Positions 9,919 to 18,177 of a stretch of 64,000 nt of DNA are shown here, piece after piece. The position numbers and the translations under genes are program-made. Under the pieces are notes generated by a model, which saw only the letters and a program-made list of their open reading frames with translations, did not search any database and was not told where the DNA came from. The DNA lies in assembly GCA_963748625.1 (NCBI GenBank), contig CAVVJT010000004.1, forward strand, positions 765,352 through 829,351, written 5' to 3'. Source of the DNA: an uncultured Chloroflexia bacterium (GTDB lineage: Bacteria > Chloroflexota > Limnocylindria > Limnocylindrales > CSP1-4). The first letter of the stretch is position 1. Each line of letters begins with the position of its first letter.

Positions 9919-11164
9919 CGGGATGGCCATGCGTCTCAGCATCCTGCTCGGGACGCGAGCGAATCGTGTCCAGTTATCGTGTCGTGCGGGCCGCCTCGCT
10001 GCCCAGGCGCCAGCGGTTCGTGAATGGGCGGCAGCGAGCCGCGCCTGACTGCAGTACCCCTGGCTGCCATAGCTAGATCGGACTCGCGGCGTTGGCTGTG
10101 CGACAGACATCTGTGCGACCACCTTCTGGTCGGATGCTGCGCGAGCAAGTCGCTACAGTCCGCGAGCCTCATGGAGTGCGCGGACCATGGGCACACTGGA
10201 TCGGTCCGCCTGAAGACCGTGTGATGGTCGAGGTCCGGAAGGACTACCCCGTCCACCACAGGCGCGTCCGCAGTCTCCTTGTCGCCGCTGGGCGAGTCAT
10301 CGCCACCGACGAAGGCAAGGGCGGGGCGAACCTGGCCATATGGCGTATCGCTCGACCCGGCCACAACGGCCGCTCCGCCGGGCTCGGCGGGCTGCCTGAG
10401 GCCGTCGCCGCTGGGGCCTCGCGCCCGAGGACCCCGACCAGATGCGCGAAGCCGGGCCGGGCAGCTCGCCGAGCGTCAGGGCTTGTCCAGCTCCTCGGCC
10501 AGGGTCGTGCAGAGCTTCGCTTCGCGGAGGCCCTCGGGCCCCTCGCAGATCTTCCGGTACCAGGCGGCGTTCAGGACGGGGAGCGCGTTCGCGAGCTTCG
10601 CGCTCGCCGCCACGTACTCGACGGCACTGCACGCCTCGAACACGCTCCGGACGTACGTGTTCCCCTCTGCGGCTTCCGCTGCCTGCCATGCCTTCTCGCA
10701 TGGCGTCTCCGCGGTGGGCGTAGTCGCTGACGGTCCTGCGCCCGTGGCGCATCCGGCGATCAGCAGGCACCCGGTCAGGACAGCGATGGCACGCAGCATG
10801 GGCGGGGACTCCTGGCAGTCCATTCGGGGACCACGGTCGGCAACGGTGGCCTCAACCCTGTAGACGTCCGGCCACGTCAAGTGTTGCGTCGAGCGTCCGG
10901 CCGCAACCCGGGAAGTGGTGGCGACCCACCTGCTGGCGACACGATGGGCCGCCCTTCCCGCGCTGGCAGGAGACGTCGGTCGCGAAGCGGCCCCGAGCGC
11001 ACCCGGCGGGGCGCTCGCAACGCCGTACCTAAGGGCGTGGATCGCCCCACGTCGACCCGTAGTCTGCATGTTCATCGCTGTCACCACGCCGTACCGTAAG
11101 TGGCCGGTTGGCGGACGACGGGATCCAGAAGGCTGCGTGTGCATTCACGCACGAACTGGGGTTG
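9919..11164. mobile_element. Small integrase-less island/cassette between tRNA-Gly and its 3'-end duplicate
   Basis: Bounded by the 47-bp direct repeat; one lipoprotein gene; internal short direct repeats (CTGTGCGAC at 10096 and 10111; ACGCCGTACC at 11020 and 11086). Confidence 0.7.
10476..10799 (-). CDS. Small putative lipoprotein with several Cys
   Basis: MLRAIAVLTGCLLIAGC lipobox; AGGAG upstream; four further Cys in the mature part. Confidence 0.7.
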   Translation of the reverse strand: MLRAIAVLTGCLLIAGCATGAGPSATTPTAETPCEKAWQAAEAAEGNTYVRSVFEACSAVEYVAASAKLANALPVLNAAWYRKICEGPEGLREAKLCTTLAEELDKP

Positions 11165-11240
11165 TGGAGCGGGAGACGGGGTTCGAACCCGCGACATGCA
11201 GCTTGGAAGGCTGCCGCTCTGCCAACTGAGCTACTCCCGC
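11165..11240 (-). tRNA. tRNA-Gly (anticodon TCC)
   Basis: Reverse complement GCGGGAGTAGCTCAGTTGGCAGAGCGGCAGCCTTCCAAGCTGCATGTCGCGGGTTCGAACCCCGTCTCCCGCTCCA folds as a 76-nt cloverleaf with encoded CCA. Confidence 0.97.
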
Positions 11241-11544
11241 CCAAGCACGAATCTCGTCGATTCGGGCCAGTTCCGCCGCGATGTGCACCTGTGCGTGTGC
11301 CTACGCGACGGAGCCGGTGTCGGCCCGGCGAGTGTACGGCAGGTGGGCCGGGTGCGGTGGATGGGACGTCGCAGCAACTCGTGACGCCCGCCTCAAGGGA
11401 GATCAGGCTCGACGCGTTCGCTGTGGCGCTTCCAGTCGAAAGGCATCGAGCTCCCGCAGGAAGACTTCTTCGCGCAATTCCTCTGTGAGGATCGCGAGCA
11501 GCTCAGCCACATCCTTATCCCGGGCAGCCGTTCATACTCGCGCC

Positions 11545-12345
11545 ATGCCCGCACGCCAGTCCGTTCCGTGGCCGGAGATCCACGAGCTCCTGCTCGCCGC
11601 GGGCGTCGTGCGCGAGCCGCGGGCGTTCTGCGTGCGCGCGGTGCGCGAGCTGGCGCGGCTCGTCCCGTACGACCAGGCACGGGTCTACTTCCTCGATCCC
11701 GCAGGGCTGATCGAGGATGAGGTCCTCCTGGGCGCGGATCCGGCGTGGAGCGAACGCTACGTGAACCACTACGCAGGACTGGATCACGGGCTGTACTCCG
11801 TCGCAGGGAGGCGACGGGCGCTCCTCCAGCGGCGGCTCGAGCCGGGCCACGTCGCAATGCCCGGCCTCGAGGGCGGCTTCTACGACTGGGAGGAGCACCG
11901 GCGCGACGAGTTCGTCGCCGACTACGTCCTCGCGCAGGGGATCCGGCACAGCGCGGGTTTCGCCTTCCACGACCCGATCGGGCGGGTCGCCGCCATGTAC
12001 GCCCTCGACCGCACGACGCGCGGCGGGTTCACGGCGCTCGAGGTGGAGACGCTCCGGCGCGTCCAGCCGCACCTCGACAACCTCCACCGCAACCTGCTTG
12101 TCCAGCCCTCGAGCGCCCGGGCGATCGACGCTTCGGCCGAGGAGTCCCTGTCCGCGCGGGAGCGCGAAGTGGCGACCCTCGTGTTGCGGGGCATGACGCC
12201 CGCCGCGATTGCCCGCGAGCTCGTTATCAGCCGGCCGACGGTGTACCGGCACATCGCGAACATCCACACGAAGCTCGCCGTCGCGAACCGCCAGGAGCTG
12301 CTGCTGCGCCTGGCGGGAATGGGAGCGGGCGGCGCCCCGACGTGA
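11545..12345 (+). CDS. LuxR-family transcriptional regulator with an N-terminal GAF-like sensor
   Basis: C-terminal 'LSAREREVATLVLRGMTPAAIARELVISRPTVYRHIANIHTKL'. Confidence 0.88.
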   Translation: MPARQSVPWPEIHELLLAAGVVREPRAFCVRAVRELARLVPYDQARVYFLDPAGLIEDEVLLGADPAWSERYVNHYAGLDHGLYSVAGRRRALLQRRLEPGHVAMPGLEGGFYDWEEHRRDEFVADYVLAQGIRHSAGFAFHDPIGRVAAMYALDRTTRGGFTALEVETLRRVQPHLDNLHRNLLVQPSSARAIDASAEESLSAREREVATLVLRGMTPAAIARELVISRPTVYRHIANIHTKLAVANRQELLLRLAGMGAGGAPT

Positions 12346-12365
12346 CGCCGCCCGCCCCGTGAGCG

Positions 12366-13262
12366 CTACTTCCTGATCATCAGGCGCGCGCCACCGTCCA
12401 CGACCACGGTCGCCCCGTGCATGAAGTCGCTCACCGGCGTGGCGAGCATGAACACGGCACGCGCGACCTCGTCGGGGTCGGTCACGGGTGCCTGACCCGG
12501 CTCCCCCATCGCCTCGCGGATCTCGGGTGTCAGCTCAATCGAGGAGTGCATCGCACCCGGCGACATCATCCCGCCCGGCAGAACGCAGTTGATCGTGATG
12601 CCGAGTGGCTTGAGTTCCCGGGCGAGCGACTGCGAGATGCCCACCACGCCGGACTTGGCCGCCACGTACGGGATCAGCATCCCGTAGGTGCTCTCCATCG
12701 AGATGCCGGCGATCGACGCCACGTTGACGATCCGCCCGCGCCGGCCCTGCTCGACCATTCGGCGTGCGACGGCCTGCGTGAAGAAGACGGTTCCCTTGAG
12801 GTCCGTGTCCACAACGGCGTCCCAGGTCTGCTCGGTCAGGTCGAGGAACTTCGTCACTCGCCACAGGGCGGCGTTGTTGATGAGGATGTCGACGCCGCCG
12901 AACGCCTCGACGGTGGCCTCGACCGCCCGCTCGATCTGGACCAGGTCGCGGATGTCCGCGATCTCGAAGCGGACATCGCGGCCCTTCGCGGTGAAGTACG
13001 CGACAGCTGCCTCCGCGAACTCGAGGGCGATGTCCACGATCATGACCTTGGCGCCGGCCTCGGTCAGGCGGTTGACGATCGAGAACCCGAGTCCGCGCGC
13101 GCCGCCGGTGACAATCGCCGTCTTTCCCGTCAGGTCGAGCATGTCGGCCATGGGGACCGCATGCTCGGCCCCCGCGACCTTCACGCCGCCGACCTCGGCG
13201 CCGTTGATATCGAACCCGAGCAGCCGCTGGTACATCGGGTCGAAGGTGTAGAGCTCGTCCAC
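12366..13262 (-). CDS. Short-chain dehydrogenase/reductase (SDR)
   Basis: TGGARGLG, 'DILINNA', 'IVNVAS', YVAAK; GAGGAG RBS before GTG 13262. Confidence 0.92.
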   Translation of the reverse strand: MDELYTFDPMYQRLLGFDINGAEVGGVKVAGAEHAVPMADMLDLTGKTAIVTGGARGLGFSIVNRLTEAGAKVMIVDIALEFAEAAVAYFTAKGRDVRFEIADIRDLVQIERAVEATVEAFGGVDILINNAALWRVTKFLDLTEQTWDAVVDTDLKGTVFFTQAVARRMVEQGRRGRIVNVASIAGISMESTYGMLIPYVAAKSGVVGISQSLARELKPLGITINCVLPGGMMSPGAMHSSIELTPEIREAMGEPGQAPVTDPDEVARAVFMLATPVSDFMHGATVVVDGGARLMIRK

Positions 13263-13363
13263 TGGTGACTCCTCGGGCGCGTGGCCGCGCGGGCGCATGG
13301 GGAACCAGGCGCAGCCCGCAGTCCCTGCCGCGAGCCGCGCCTGCTGGCCGTGGGGCTTGTCGG

Positions 13364-14262
13364 CTACTTCTTCTCGAGGAGCTCGCGGAACCTGTCGAGC
13401 TCGTCGGGCTTCATGCCGTATCCGTGCTCGGGCTGCGGGTAGGTGCCCGACTGCACCTCGGCGCCGAACGCCCCGATCGCGCGGGCAGCGAACTCGAAGT
13501 AGTTCGCGTAGACCTTGGCGTGGGCGCCCAGGCGGTCGGCTGGCATCATGCCGAACAGGTCGAAGTGGACGAGCTCGGAGCCGTCCGCCGCACCGCCTGC
13601 CGCCACGGCCACGACGGGCACGCGCAGCTTGGCGGCGATCGCGTCGGTGACCTCGCGCGGGGTCAGCTCGATGGTCATGCCCATCATGCCGGCCTCCTGG
13701 TACGCGTAGGCCTGCTCGTAGATCTCCATTGCGGTCTCGGCGGTGGTCCCGCACTTCTTGTAGCCGCCGTGGGCTGCGGTCTGCCAGCCGGACAGGGCGC
13801 CGACGTGGCCGAACACCACGATGTGGTTCTTGGCCAGATGCTCCAGGGTCTCGAGGTTGACGCCCATCGGCAGGATGCTGTCGGCGCCCTCGGCCATGAG
13901 GATCGACGAGCGCTCGAGGGCCTTGTCCTTGTTGGCGAACTCCGGCGTCTGCAGGTACGCGTTGAGGTGCACGACCGAGGCGACGCGGCGCAGCTCGCGG
14001 GTCCACCAGGGAGATTCTGGATGCGGTGCTCGATGTTCTCGCCGGGCGCGGTGTAGCGCACGATGTCCACGCCGGCCATCTCGGCTGCCATGGTCCAGTA
14101 CGGGTCCAGGTGGGCCGGGCAGTACTGGACGATCTTCTCGCCGTTGTCCTTCTTCTTCTGCAGGTACGCGATCGACTTGCGCCCCTTCTTGATCAGGGAC
14201 GACTTGACCGCCGCCTTGTCGCTGTCCTTGATCTCGACGTCGTCGACTGTCTCTTCGGTCAT
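13364..14262 (-). CDS. Divergent PanB-like (ketopantoate hydroxymethyltransferase fold) protein; one frameshift near 14010
   Basis: 'LQKKKDNGEKI', 'AGVDIV', 'GHVG', 'GGYKKCG', 'TIEL', 'DGSELVHFDLFG', 'EVQSGTYPQPEH'; adding one C joins the frames as QNLPWWTRELRR. Confidence 0.7.
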
Positions 14263-14347
14263 AGCCGGCTGCTCCACTGCACTGCGGGTCGCAACCCGTG
14301 ACGGGTCGCCAGTGACCCAATCGTGGCGGACACGCCGGACACTGGAA

Positions 14348-14363
14348 TACACAAGACTGTGTA
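14348..14363. promoter_or_regulatory. Palindromic operator candidate upstream of the PanB-like/SDR genes
   Basis: TACACA-agac-TGTGTA perfect inverted repeat, AT-rich against a very GC-rich background. Confidence 0.45.
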
Positions 14364-14547
14364 GTGATGGGTGGAGCACAGGCCGTGCCGCTCCATCCAG
14401 GCACCGAGCCCCGCAGATCCGGGTGCGGCCGACGAGTCCGGCTCAGTCGGCTCGTGCCCGTGGCACGTGGATCACCGATGCGCCGCTCCGCGAGCACGAT
14501 GGTGATCCAACTCGCAGAGGGCGCCGGCGTCGGTCCCCAACCCGGGT

Positions 14548-15249
14548 TCAGGCGCTGGCGCGGACTGCCTGGGCCGTCGCCGCGAGCGTGCGCGCGAACG
14601 GGTTGGGCTCGAACCATGCCGGGAAGGCGCGGGCGAGACGGCTCGGGCCCACGAGACGCACTGTTCCGGCCTGCTGGAGCTGCCGGAACGTGCGCGACCC
14701 GAGCAGCCAGCGGTGGAGGTCACGGTTGTCCCCGAGGACCGCCAGGTCCACCTGGAACCCCGGGTCGATCTGGCATGCCGTGCTGCCGCCCTTGTCCAGC
14801 ACCAGCCACGCGTCACCGCCACCGGGCCCGTCTGCCGTGATCTGCACGACGACGCGCTGGTCTGGAAGCCGGTCAGGCACGACGTGCTGGTGGAGCCGCC
14901 AGGCCAGCCACGCGACGTCGAGCTCCTCGTCGGCCGGATCGCCGAACGACCAGCGCGCGGCCCAGTGCCCCAATGACCAGACGATCGGCTCCAGCTCCTG
15001 GCCGGACTCCGTCAACCGGTATTCGGTCGTGCGGCCGGCCTCGTCAATGGTCCGCTCCACGATCCCCCGCCGCTCCAGCTCGCGCAGACGCGAGATCAGC
15101 AGCGTGCGGCTCATGCGTCCGAGGCCACGGTGGATCTCGTTGAAGTGGCGGCTGCCGATCATCAGCTCCCGGAGGATCAGCGGCGTCCAGCGGTCACCGA
15201 AGAGCTCGGCGCCGACGGCGATGGGGCAGTACTCGCGATAGCTGGGCAT
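14548..15249 (-). CDS. HxlR-family winged-helix regulator with an SCP2-like C-terminal domain
   Basis: 'YCPIAVGAELFGDRWTPLILRELMIGSRHFNEI', 'EYRLTESGQEL'. Confidence 0.9.
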   Translation of the reverse strand: MPSYREYCPIAVGAELFGDRWTPLILRELMIGSRHFNEIHRGLGRMSRTLLISRLRELERRGIVERTIDEAGRTTEYRLTESGQELEPIVWSLGHWAARWSFGDPADEELDVAWLAWRLHQHVVPDRLPDQRVVVQITADGPGGGDAWLVLDKGGSTACQIDPGFQVDLAVLGDNRDLHRWLLGSRTFRQLQQAGTVRLVGPSRLARAFPAWFEPNPFARTLAATAQAVRASA

Positions 15250-15284
15250 TGGCGAATTCTGCGCGCCCTCCGGGCACCCGCCTA

Positions 15285-15299
15285 GTACAGGCTCTGTAC
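15285..15299. promoter_or_regulatory. Probable HxlR operator
   Basis: GTACAG-gct-CTGTAC palindrome just upstream of the HxlR start, in the divergent intergenic region. Confidence 0.5.
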
Positions 15300-15504
15300 C
15301 AGTTCCCCCGTTCGGCGTTGCATCCGCATGTACGGCCAACGACTGCCGCGCCGCAGGCGGGACGCGTGCGGGGGCTGCTCCCTGGCGCACCCCACCGGTA
15401 CCGCATTCGCACTATCGAGCGCCCCGGGCCGGGCGCACGGTGTCACCAGCGGATCAACGCGCATCGGACGCGCAGCGACCCCGATCCGCCCACGGAGCAC
15501 CTCG

Positions 15505-15609
15505 ATGGACCTTCTCACCATTCTCCTCGCCGCCCACATCGGCCTCGTCCTCCTCGCCCTGCTGGCCGTCAACCACGGCGCAGACACGCGCGACGGCTTC
15601 GCGCGATGA
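15505..15609 (+). CDS. 34-aa membrane microprotein (GADTRD motif)
   Basis: GGAG RBS; MDLLTILLAAHIGLVLLALLAVNHGADTRDGFAR; apparent paralog at 41668..41802. Confidence 0.65.
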   Translation: MDLLTILLAAHIGLVLLALLAVNHGADTRDGFAR

Positions 15610-15648
15610 GCCAGCCGATGAGCCAGCCGATGAGCCAGCCGATGAGCC
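15604..15648 (+). repeat. 12-bp tandem repeat CGATGAGCCAGC, about 3.75 copies
   Basis: Read directly; the first unit contains the stop codon of the microprotein. Confidence 0.9.
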
Positions 15649-15704
15649 GGGCAGCAGCCCGTCCCGCCCAATCCCCGATGCCCCACAGCCCGGAGACCCA
15701 TGCC

Positions 15705-16544
15705 ATGACCACCCTCGCCACCGCTCCCGCCGGTACCCCGATGCCGGATCTCGCGGCCGTCAAGGCCCGCCAGCAGGCGACGTGGGCCAGCGGCGACTAC
15801 CACGCCATCGGCACGCGGATCGTCCTCGTCGCCGAGGACCTGGTCGAGTCGCTGGACCTGCGCTCCACCGAACGAGTGCTCGACGTCGCGACCGGCAGCG
15901 GCAACGCCGCCCTCGCGGCCGCCCGCCGGGGCGCTGACGTCATCGGCGTCGACTACGTCCCCAGCCTGCTGGAACGGGCCCGGCGGCGCGCCGATGCCGA
16001 GGCGGTCGAGGTGACCTTCCTCGACGGCGATGCGGAAGCCCTGCCGTTCGACGACGGCGCGTTCGACGTCACCGCGTCGGTGTTCGGCGTCATGTTCGCG
16101 CCCGACCAGGAGCGGACCGCTGCCGAGCTCGTCCGGGTCACGCGGCCCGGGGGCCGGATCGGGCTGGTTGCGCACACGCCCGAGGGGTTCATCGGGAACC
16201 TCTTCAGGACCGTGGCGCGCCACGTCCCGCCGCCCGCCGGCGTGATGTCGCCCGCGCTGTGGGGCACCGAGCCGCGCTTGGCAGAGCTCTTCGGGACGTC
16301 AGCAGCCGCGATGCGGTCGCGCCGCCTTCCGATGGTCTTCCGGTTCGCGTCGCCGACGGCCTGGGTCGACGAGTGGCGCGAGCTCTACGGCCCGGTCCGC
16401 ATGGCGTTCAAGGCGGCCGGTCCCGATGGCGAGGCCGCCCTCGAGGCGGACCTGCTCGACCTGGTCGGGCGCTTCAACAGGTCGGGCGACGGGACGATGG
16501 TGGTCGCGAGCGAGTACCTCGAGACCGTCATCGAGCGGAGGTAG
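15705..16544 (+). CDS. Class I SAM-dependent methyltransferase
   Basis: 'WASGDY', 'VLDVATGSGN', 'GDAEALPFDDGAFD', 'VFGVMFAPD'. Confidence 0.92.
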   Translation: MTTLATAPAGTPMPDLAAVKARQQATWASGDYHAIGTRIVLVAEDLVESLDLRSTERVLDVATGSGNAALAAARRGADVIGVDYVPSLLERARRRADAEAVEVTFLDGDAEALPFDDGAFDVTASVFGVMFAPDQERTAAELVRVTRPGGRIGLVAHTPEGFIGNLFRTVARHVPPPAGVMSPALWGTEPRLAELFGTSAAAMRSRRLPMVFRFASPTAWVDEWRELYGPVRMAFKAAGPDGEAALEADLLDLVGRFNRSGDGTMVVASEYLETVIERR

Positions 16545-16551
16545 GGTGACG

Positions 16552-16755
16552 ATGCATCCAACGTTGATGGCCGTCCTCGCGGTCGAGCGCCAGCGAGTCC
16601 TCCGCGAGGAGGCAGCGCGGGAACGTCTCGCCCACCCGGCCCGGGCCCTGCGCGGCATGGGAGCACGCAGCTCCCGTACCGGCGGGCCGCTGGCCCGGCT
16701 CCGCGTCGCGCTCACCCCTGGCCGCCGCGCGGCCGATCCGGCGACCGGCGCGTAG
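16552..16755 (+). CDS. Small Arg-rich hypothetical protein
   Basis: GGAGG upstream; MHPTLMAVLAVERQRVLREEAARERLA; directly follows the methyltransferase. Confidence 0.55.
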   Translation: MHPTLMAVLAVERQRVLREEAARERLAHPARALRGMGARSSRTGGPLARLRVALTPGRRAADPATGA

Positions 16756-16873
16756 GCCTCCGGGTCCCACCATACGGCGCCCCGTCCCTCCCGGGGCGGG
16801 GCGCATCCGCGTGCACCCGTCAAGAATTCAGGCCGGCGGCCGATGTCGAACCGGCCGCCGGAGCAGGACGCGA

Positions 16874-17056
16874 CTAGAAGCGGCGACGTCCGGGCGTGAC
16901 CGCGGCGCCGACGACGGCGGCCTTGGCGACCGGCGACGGGCCGGGTCCGGCGGCGGCGGCGACCACGGCAACCTTGGCGACCGGCGACGGGCCGGGCTTG
17001 GCGACGGCAGCACCGACGACGGCGGCCTTGGCGACGCGGGAGGGGCGGAGCGGCAT
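16874..17056 (-). CDS. Small basic repeat protein with three S(P/R)VAK(A/V)AVV units
   Basis: AAGGAG RBS; MPLRPSRVAKAAVVGAAVAKPGPSPVAKVAVVAAAAGPGPSPVAKAAVVGAAVTPGRRRF; immediately after the DUF6325-like gene. Confidence 0.65.
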   Translation of the reverse strand: MPLRPSRVAKAAVVGAAVAKPGPSPVAKVAVVAAAAGPGPSPVAKAAVVGAAVTPGRRRF

Positions 17057-17057
17057 G

Positions 17058-17516
17058 TCAGACTCCTTCGGCCTCGAGGGCTTCGTCCGCCTCGATGGCG
17101 GCGATGATGGCCTGGACAGGAATCCGGCCGTTGGTGACGAGCTGGCCGCCCGCGTGGCGGATGGCGGATGCGAACGGTGCAGCCCACAGGTTCTCGAAGA
17201 CGAGGAGCGCGCCCATGCTGCCGGGCGCCATGACGGCACCCATCTCGAGGACATCCTCCTCGGCCAGGGTCTCGGCCAGCTGTTCCTCGATCCGGGCCAG
17301 CTCACCGAGGTCCTCGAGGTCGCCCAGCTCCTGGGCCATGACCGTCCCGTCGTCGCCCTTGGCGACCAGGACCAGGTCCATCACCCGGATGATCCCGGCA
17401 TCGTGGAGGCGGAGCAGCTCGTTTGCAGCCTCGCCGGTGAAGTTCTGCTGGCCGGCCGGGAACTCGACCACCAGGTAGTCGACGGGCCCCAGCTCGTCGA
17501 GCGATCGTTCAGACAT
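17058..17516 (-). CDS. DUF6325/DUF1269-like protein
   Basis: 'LGPVDYLVVEFP', 'IRVMDLVLV', 'ENLWAAPFASAIR..GG.LV..GRIP'; GGAGG RBS. Confidence 0.8.
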   Translation of the reverse strand: MSERSLDELGPVDYLVVEFPAGQQNFTGEAANELLRLHDAGIIRVMDLVLVAKGDDGTVMAQELGDLEDLGELARIEEQLAETLAEEDVLEMGAVMAPGSMGALLVFENLWAAPFASAIRHAGGQLVTNGRIPVQAIIAAIEADEALEAEGV

Positions 17517-17723
17517 GTGTCCTCCGTGTTGGTGCCCTTGTTCGACTCCGAAGCATAGTTTGATCCGCGCGCACGGGTCGTCCAGGGTGGACTCCAGTCA
17601 AGCGCGATCCGACGCTGTTGACTTCGCCCTCCGAGGGTGATGTTGCCGACGGCAGTCTGGAGTGGGATGCAACAAGAGCGATCTCCGCTGGGGATCCCTC
17701 TCCACCCTGGAGGCCGAGGCCCC

Positions 17724-18071
17724 ATGTCGTCAGTCGAAGACGGGTTCCGCCGCGTCACCATCGGTGACCCCGCGTTCCTCGCGACGCTCGCCAGTCCTGA
17801 GCGCTGCCCGATTGACATCCCACGCCTGGACCCTCTCACTGCGGCGCTGGTGCAGGTCGGTGTCCTGATCGCGATGGATGCACCGCAGTCGCTGTACGAG
17901 GTGGCGGTCCAGGCGGCCGAGCGCGCCGGCGCGCGCCCCGAGCAGCTCCTTGCGGTGCTGGTCTCCGTCGCGGGTGCCGTCGGCTCGCCGCGGGTCGTCT
18001 CGGCTGCACCAAGGATCGCCCTCGCGGCGGGCTACGATGTTGACGCGGCCATGGAGGGCATCGCCCGGTAG
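17724..18071 (+). CDS. Carboxymuconolactone decarboxylase-like protein
   Basis: 'LDPLTAALVQVGVLIAMDAP', 'VGSPRVVSAAPRIALAAGYDVD'. Confidence 0.7.
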   Translation: MSSVEDGFRRVTIGDPAFLATLASPERCPIDIPRLDPLTAALVQVGVLIAMDAPQSLYEVAVQAAERAGARPEQLLAVLVSVAGAVGSPRVVSAAPRIALAAGYDVDAAMEGIAR

Positions 18072-18177
18072 GACGGGCCAAGGCTCCACCCGCACGGTCT
18101 CCCGGCTGACACATCAGCACGCTCAGCGCTCCCGACGACCACGCGCCACGATTGCCGGTGCTGTACCGTCGTGAGCC

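Noticed and set aside
9919-10475. Integrase remnant inside the tRNA cassette
   Set aside because: No tyrosine-recombinase catalytic motifs or serine-recombinase signature recognisable in any listed frame.
14280-14325. Riboswitch upstream of the PanB-like gene
   Set aside because: Two small GC-rich hairpins only; no recognisable aptamer consensus.
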